In this document: piece after piece, positions 58,106 to 64,000 of the stretch
Layout of the letters: every line of letters starts with the position of its first letter
How positions within the stretch are numbered: the stretch's first letter is position 1
NCBI GenBank assembly: GCA_017470645.1
Contig: JAFUYJ010000026.1
Coordinates: 4,372-68,371, forward strand
Length of the DNA: 64,000 bases
Direction of reading: 5' to 3'
From: Clostridia bacterium
GTDB lineage: Bacteria > Bacillota > Clostridia > TANB77 > CAG-508
Translations under genes and position numbers: made by a program
Notes under the pieces: model-generated
The model's input: the letters and a program-made list of their open reading frames with translations, nothing else
What the model was told of the DNA's origin: nothing
The model's database searches: none

Positions 58106-59167
58106 ATGTTTCAAAAATTAGAAGATGTTGAAAAAAAATACATAGATTTAACAGAAAAGATAAGTGACCCAGACATAATTAACAATTCTCAAAACGAATG
58201 GAAAACATACATGAAAGAACATGCAGAGCTAGAACCAATTGTTATGAAATTCAGAGAATACAAAAAAACAGAAAAAGAATATGAAGAAGCAAAAGAAATG
58301 ATGAACGATCCAGAGCTAAAAGATTTAGCAGAAATGGAAATGTTAGAAAAGAAAGAAATGCTTCCAAAATTAGAAGAAGAATTAAAAATCTTGCTAATCC
58401 CTAAGGATCCAGACGACGATAAAGACGTTATTTGCGAAATAAGAGCAGGAACTGGAGGAGACGAAGCAGCACTATTTGCAGGAACATTGTTCAGAATGTA
58501 CAGCATGTACTGCGAAAGAAAACACTGGAAACTAGAAATATTAAACGAAAACGAAACAGGACTTGGAGGATACAAAGAAATTTCATTCATGATTACAGGA
58601 AAAGGTGCATATAGCAGAATGAAATTCGAAAGTGGAACACACAGAGTTCAAAGGGTTCCAGACACAGAAAGCAGCGGAAGAATTCACACATCAGCTGCAA
58701 CAGTTGCAGTTTTACCAGTTGTAGAAGATGTAGAAATAGAAATAAATCCAGCAGATATAAAAATGGATGTGTTCAGAGCATCAGGTGCAGGAGGACAACA
58801 CGTTAACAAAACCTCATCAGCCGTAAGGCTAACACACATTCCAACAGGACTAGTTGCAGAATGTCAAACAGAAAGAAGCCAAGTTCAAAACAGAGAATAT
58901 GCAATGAGATTATTAAAATCCAGATTATATGAAATTGAAAAAACAAAAAGAGATTCAGAATTAAGAGACGCACGTAAAACACAAGTAGGATCAGGAGATA
59001 GAAGCGAAAAGATAAGAACTTACAACTACCCACAAGGTAGAATTACAGACCATAGAATTGGTATGAGTATTTATCAAATGGAAGATTTTTTAAATGGAAA
59101 TCTTGACGAAATGATAAACAACTTAATTGCAGCTGATAGAGCTGAGAGATTAAAAAGTGAAGATTAA
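58106..59167 (+). CDS. prfA: Peptide chain release factor 1
   Basis: [20 protein letters not shown] (PxT motif), [17 protein letters not shown]. Confidence 0.97.
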   Translation: MFQKLEDVEKKYIDLTEKISDPDIINNSQNEWKTYMKEHAELEPIVMKFREYKKTEKEYEEAKEMMNDPELKDLAEMEMLEKKEMLPKLEEELKILLIPKDPDDDKDVICEIRAGTGGDEAALFAGTLFRMYSMYCERKHWKLEILNENETGLGGYKEISFMITGKGAYSRMKFESGTHRVQRVPDTESSGRIHTSAATVAVLPVVEDVEIEINPADIKMDVFRASGAGGQHVNKTSSAVRLTHIPTGLVAECQTERSQVQNREYAMRLLKSRLYEIEKTKRDSELRDARKTQVGSGDRSEKIRTYNYPQGRITDHRIGMSIYQMEDFLNGNLDEMINNLIAADRAERLKSED

Positions 59168-59199
59168 GATGTTTTGAGGGAGCGCTCCCTCAAAACATC
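59168..59199. repeat. Minimal B-type REP-like perfect palindrome
   Basis: gatgttttgagggagc/gctccctcaaaacatc immediately after the prfA stop. Confidence 0.85.
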
Positions 59200-59202
59200 A
59201 TC

Positions 59203-59244
59203 AAAAGCCAAACCTTAGGGAAACCTAAGGTTTGGCTTTTTTTT
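59203..59244 (+). terminator. Intrinsic terminator
   Basis: aaaagccaaaccttagg...cctaaggtttggctttttttt. Confidence 0.8.
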
Positions 59245-59422
59245 ATTTCCCTGCAGTTTTATATTTCAAAACTGTTACCAAAAAGAAATATAAATGTAAT
59301 ATTTCTAACCCCAAAGTATTTCCGTAAAAAAACTAATAAAGACCTATTTTTAAGGGGATTGAAAAACTTTTTTCTATATTGTAAAGTGGACTTAACATAT
59401 TAATTCGAAAGGAGAAAATACA

Positions 59423-62400
59423 ATGAGAAAGGGAAACGGAAAAAGCGTAATAGCAAAATTGGGAATAGCAGTTGTGGCATTTTTAATAATAGCAATATTA
59501 GCAGCTACTGCACAAAGATTGCTAAATTCAAAAGGCGAAACAAATGAAATAGCAAGCATAAACCTAAATGAGCCAATACCAACATCAGTTGGAAGTGAAG
59601 GTAATCCTACAACAGCTGCAGTAAGCATTAACGGAACATTTGGAAATGGAGATGTAGCAGGAGAAATTGTTTTAGGAGGAAATGATAGTGTAGGTAGCTG
59701 GTATTCAAGCGGTGCGGCTTATCATGATGGTAAATATGCAAATGGTTACTGCTTAAATCATGGAGGTACATTACAAGGTACATATGTAGATGGAACAACA
59801 TTAAAAGCTGAAGGGAAAAGTGCATATAGTATCAACAACAGTAAAAACACATCAGCAACCAATTCACTAAAATGGCTATTTGATAACATATATAGAATGA
59901 ACATGACAAGTGCAGAAACAAGAAGAACAAGTGATAGTAAAGCTATAGATGCAGATAACTACAGAATAGTAGAAGCACGTGAATTAGATTTGTATAAGAA
60001 AAACCTAAAGAACATATTAACTAAAAACAAGAAAAATGCAAATTTAGCAGATGCATCAGCTAAAGAAATATTTGTTGCACAACAATATGCAATTTGGTTT
60101 TTTACTAATAATATTAATTCAATAGAAGTACTTGCATCAGACTATCCTAGTTTAAATGCTGAGCAAAGAATAAATAAATATGTAGAGCTACACACAAATG
60201 CAACAGAATATGCTATATATCAAGCTTTAGTTGCTGAAGCAAAAAAGAACGGAAATTACACAGGAGTAGGAACAAATGAAGTAACTATAACAAAAGCAAG
60301 CAACTGTGCAATGGTTCAAAGTGGAAATGACGTTATAATAGGACCATATGTAGTAAATAATAGCATAAATAAAGCATACAGATTTTCATATAGCAACTTA
60401 AAATTAAACAATAATACATCTGCAAAAGTATATCAAGCAGACAAATCAACAGAATTAACAAACAATGTTGTTACTAACTATAAAGGAAATATATATATAA
60501 AAATTTCAAACTACCAAATGTCAGAAGCCAACGTAAAATATAACTTTACAGGAACATTAACTGCTTTATCATATAAAACAGAAGCTGTATTCTGGTCAAA
60601 GAATGGTAAAGGAACAGGTGAAGGACTACAAGAAGTAGCAACAATTCATAGAACATCAAACCAAAAGAACCTTTCTCTAAAAGAATCATATGAAAGAAAA
60701 GTTACAGAAGGAACATACAAAATAACAGTTACAAAAGAAAACTGGCAAAACACAGCACTTGCAGGAGCAACATTTGCAATAAGAAAAGGAACATTCTCAA
60801 ATGGAGCAGTATCTGACATTTCAACAATAGGTGCACAAGGTGAATCAAAATACATAGCAGACAGTAACGCGATTACAGGAACAGATGAAACGGAAATATT
60901 AGAAATAACTGAATCAGCTGCTCCTTCAGGATATGCAAGATTCAATAAAAAAGTATATGTAGTATTAACATTCAAAACATCAGATGGAAAATATGCAATA
61001 AACAATGTAAATGTAATTACAGGAGATTCAACTTCTAAATTAGAAACTTTAACAGATATATCAGATGTAGAAGCTACATTAACAGATGCAGAACCAACAT
61101 ACGACTTTAAAGATGAGAACGGAAACGTGTATGCAATAACACGTAGAGGAGACACACAAATAGACGTATATATCAAAAATCCAAAAATAGACTTAGCATT
61201 AAAGAAAATGATTACACAAATCAAAAAGAACAACACAGAAGAATTTGTAGATGTAACAGAAAATACATTTAATGTTGGTAGACACAGTGAATGGGATGTT
61301 GATACATCAACATTAGCAGATACAACAAATGCAACATACACAATGAACAAAACACCAGTAGAAGTTGAAGTTGGAGATGAAGTAACATATGCAATAAAAA
61401 TCTTCAACGAAGGTGAAGTTGCTGCAAAAGCAGATAGAATTATAGACTACATACCAGCTGGATTAGAAGTAACAAAAGTAGTATACAATGATGTAGATAT
61501 AATGGCAAACCCAACAACATCAGTAGCTGCAAGAATAAATACAACAGAAGGATATAACAATGTATTAAATATAGAATTACACGGTACAGATGATTTTATA
61601 CCAGCATATAACAGCGAAACAGGAGATATTCAAAACGCAGTAATATATGTAACATGCAAAGTAAAAGAAGGTGCAACAGGAGTATTAACAAACATTGCAG
61701 AAATTACGGAATATCAAACAGCTCAAGGAGTAATAGCACAAGATATTGACTCTACAGCAAAAACAACAGATGGTTCAACAACAACATATGGTAACTGGAC
61801 AGCGCCAAATAGTGAAGATAAATTCACAAATACAAAAGATTCAGATGCATGGAGAAATTACTCAAACAACAACGATAGTAAATTAGATGGACAATGGCAT
61901 CCAGATTTCCTAGCACAAGATACAGGATTAAATGGAAACAAAGGTGACGATGATGACTTTGATAAACTTGTTGTAAAAGGAAAATATAATCTAACAATCA
62001 AAAAAGTAAACGAATCATCAAACAACGAAGTAATTAATGATGTAAAATTCAACATATCAAGAAACAATCAAATAACATCACAATCAGAAGAATTTACAAA
62101 TGTAGAAACAGTTGATGGATTGATAGGATATGAAGAATCATTAAGTACATTAGATAACGGAACTATTTCATATACATTTACAGAAATCGAAAATGCAAAT
62201 TATGCACAATTATGGGCACCAATCAAGTTGAACTTAAACATAACAGACGGAAAAATAAAATCATACGATTTAAATTATGGAAATGCATCAAAGGCAATAG
62301 GAGAAACAAGTACAGAAAAAACATTTGCTATAACAGTTGATAATATTACATTATCAATAAAAGTAACTGTAGACTATGCAAAATCAAAGGTTACTGTTGA

Positions 62401-64000
62401 GATTGGAAACAAATTAGCAACAAGTTCAGAATACAAAATTAGATTTAGAAAAGTATCTTCAGGAAATGGAGCACCTTTACAAGGAGTTACATTTACAGGA
62501 ACAAAACAATTAAATGAAGGTGAAGAGGTTGCTATAGGATTAAATCCTACAGATGAAAACGGATATACAAATGTATTATCAAATACAATAGACGCAAATA
62601 CATATACGTTAAATGATAATTATAATATTACAGAAGTAGACTTAGGAACAAACACTGGATATACAAAACTAAACAAAGAAATAAATATAACAGCCGCTAA
62701 AGCAATAACAAATGAAGAATATGGTATAGGAAGCTTTGGAATATTCTGTGATGGCAAATTCATGAGATTAAATTCAAATACTCCAACAAACAGCATAACA
62801 GTAGAGCAAGATGGTTTAGTATTTGAAATATTAGCAACTATGGAAGAAATTGATGGAGTGAAAGGCTTAACAATTACAGTGCCAAATGCACCAGACAATA
62901 ATCGTACAATAATACTAAATAAATTTAATAAAAATGACGATACAAAAATAAGAACACGTTGGTATGCAAGTATTAAAAATGAAACTACTGGTAAAGCTGT
63001 ACCACAAAAAATGTATTCAAACGGTGAGTTGGCATATACAGACAACATAGAAGCAAGTACAACAAGCATTTCTTATATAGTAAAAGAAACAAGGGCACCA
63101 GCAGGATTCATAAATGCATATTCAGGAAAATATATCAAATTACAAGTTGAATTAACAGCAGGAGAACCAACATCTGCAACAGCAACTGTATACAACAATT
63201 CAGATAATACAGTAGACGCTGAATTAACAGCAGATACATCTGCAAGCATAACTGAAATTGCTGGTAATAAAACAATAGTACTTAGTTTAAAAGACCCAGA
63301 AGTAGAAAGAATAATAGACTTAGCATTAAAGAAAGTTATAACAGAAGTTGACGGTGTAGAAGTAAAATCATCAAATGGATTCGATGCAAAATATGACAGA
63401 TTAACAACTGGAGATGACAAAGTAAGAATCAACACAGCACCATTACTAAATGGTGAAACAGATGCTGAATACTTCTTAAACAAAACACCAATATTAGTAC
63501 AAAAAGGAAGCAAAATAAAATATCAAATAAGAATTTATAACGAAGGTACAGACTTAGATTCAACAGCAAGTGAGATTAAAGACTACTTACCAACAGGATT
63601 GGAATTAGTAGATGTATATTATAAAGATGGAACAAGGTTAACAAGAGACACAGACTATACATATTCAAATAAAACATTAACAATCACAGCATTAGCTGAT
63701 AAGGATTTAATTGCTAAATACAATGGAGGAGACACTCTATCATATGATTATGTTGTGGTTGAATGTCAAGTAACAGATACAGCAAAAGGAATTCAAACAA
63801 ACATTGCTGAAATTTCAGAATACAAAACATCAGAAGGAGTTGTAACAAACAAACAAGATAGAGATTCAGAAACTGGAAACTGGGATGCTCCAAGCAGCAA
63901 CAGAGATAACCAAAAATGGATTGATTATGCTGGAAACACATCAAACACAATTGATGATGGAGCTTTCAAAAACTACATCGGACAAGAAGACGATGATGAC
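59423..64000 (+). CDS. Large surface adhesin with thioester (TED/TQXA-like) domain, Cna-B-like and DUF11-like repeats; 3' truncated
   Basis: SD AAGGAG and ATG 59423 (MRKGNGKS...); YCLNHG at 59747, QQYAIW at 60080; repeated DLALKK...NEG...DY.P.GL...TNIAEI; missing from the ORF track, consistent with no stop before the window end. Confidence 0.8.
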   Translation, partial: MRKGNGKSVIAKLGIAVVAFLIIAILAATAQRLLNSKGETNEIASINLNEPIPTSVGSEGNPTTAAVSINGTFGNGDVAGEIVLGGNDSVGSWYSSGAAYHDGKYANGYCLNHGGTLQGTYVDGTTLKAEGKSAYSINNSKNTSATNSLKWLFDNIYRMNMTSAETRRTSDSKAIDADNYRIVEARELDLYKKNLKNILTKNKKNANLADASAKEIFVAQQYAIWFFTNNINSIEVLASDYPSLNAEQRINKYVELHTNATEYAIYQALVAEAKKNGNYTGVGTNEVTITKASNCAMVQSGNDVIIGPYVVNNSINKAYRFSYSNLKLNNNTSAKVYQADKSTELTNNVVTNYKGNIYIKISNYQMSEANVKYNFTGTLTALSYKTEAVFWSKNGKGTGEGLQEVATIHRTSNQKNLSLKESYERKVTEGTYKITVTKENWQNTALAGATFAIRKGTFSNGAVSDISTIGAQGESKYIADSNAITGTDETEILEITESAAPSGYARFNKKVYVVLTFKTSDGKYAINNVNVITGDSTSKLETLTDISDVEATLTDAEPTYDFKDENGNVYAITRRGDTQIDVYIKNPKIDLALKKMITQIKKNNTEEFVDVTENTFNVGRHSEWDVDTSTLADTTNATYTMNKTPVEVEVGDEVTYAIKIFNEGEVAAKADRIIDYIPAGLEVTKVVYNDVDIMANPTTSVAARINTTEGYNNVLNIELHGTDDFIPAYNSETGDIQNAVIYVTCKVKEGATGVLTNIAEITEYQTAQGVIAQDIDSTAKTTDGSTTTYGNWTAPNSEDKFTNTKDSDAWRNYSNNNDSKLDGQWHPDFLAQDTGLNGNKGDDDDFDKLVVKGKYNLTIKKVNESSNNEVINDVKFNISRNNQITSQSEEFTNVETVDGLIGYEESLSTLDNGTISYTFTEIENANYAQLWAPIKLNLNITDGKIKSYDLNYGNASKAIGETSTEKTFAITVDNITLSIKVTVDYAKSKVTVEIGNKLATSSEYKIRFRKVSSGNGAPLQGVTFTGTKQLNEGEEVAIGLNPTDENGYTNVLSNTIDANTYTLNDNYNITEVDLGTNTGYTKLNKEINITAAKAITNEEYGIGSFGIFCDGKFMRLNSNTPTNSITVEQDGLVFEILATMEEIDGVKGLTITVPNAPDNNRTIILNKFNKNDDTKIRTRWYASIKNETTGKAVPQKMYSNGELAYTDNIEASTTSISYIVKETRAPAGFINAYSGKYIKLQVELTAGEPTSATATVYNNSDNTVDAELTADTSASITEIAGNKTIVLSLKDPEVERIIDLALKKVITEVDGVEVKSSNGFDAKYDRLTTGDDKVRINTAPLLNGETDAEYFLNKTPILVQKGSKIKYQIRIYNEGTDLDSTASEIKDYLPTGLELVDVYYKDGTRLTRDTDYTYSNKTLTITALADKDLIAKYNGGDTLSYDYVVVECQVTDTAKGIQTNIAEISEYKTSEGVVTNKQDRDSETGNWDAPSSNRDNQKWIDYAGNTSNTIDDGAFKNYIGQEDDDD

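Noticed and set aside
3785-59199. Recurrent GGGGACAC repeats as a CRISPR array
   Set aside because: Copies are dispersed and inverted, with no regular repeat-spacer arrangement and no cas genes
59392-63950. Several minus-strand ORFs, e.g. 60646-61407
   Set aside because: Antisense shadows of the long + strand adhesin
44987-64000. Diversity-generating retroelement or invertible shufflon acting on the adhesins
   Set aside because: No reverse transcriptase, recombinase or template/variable repeat pair visible in the window

Overview
Low-GC, strongly A-skewed chromosomal segment of a Bacillota (Clostridia-like) bacterium; almost all genes are on the + strand and the code is standard. Housekeeping genes (UDP-sugar pyrophosphorylase, pgm, M18 aminopeptidase, tRNA-Arg(UCU), ABC-F, tatD, acpS, yabE-like, prfA) are interleaved with a large cell-surface repertoire. 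The main candidate for an undescribed system is a ~20 kb operon (14.2-33.9 kb) encoding a type IV secretion-like machine: pilin, PrgI, TraC-like protein, VirB4, three extended VirB6-like paralogs (one carrying an M23 peptidase), a 1500-aa protein with a lysozyme-like C-terminus and two VirB8-like paralogs. No relaxase, coupling protein, integrase or att sites are visible in the window, and its codon usage looks host-like. Also present: a SipW/TasA-like fibre operon with a catalytically degenerate second SipW, two orphan SipW substrates, a foreign-looking dockerin/Thr-rich protein, a 3889-aa SpaA+RCC1 protein, a thioester-domain adhesin cut by the window end, an Rpn nuclease with an internal start, a candidate ~200-nt ncRNA, and 11 copies of a REP/REPIN-like palindrome family next to stop codons. 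All family calls come from reading motifs by eye; no database searches were run.
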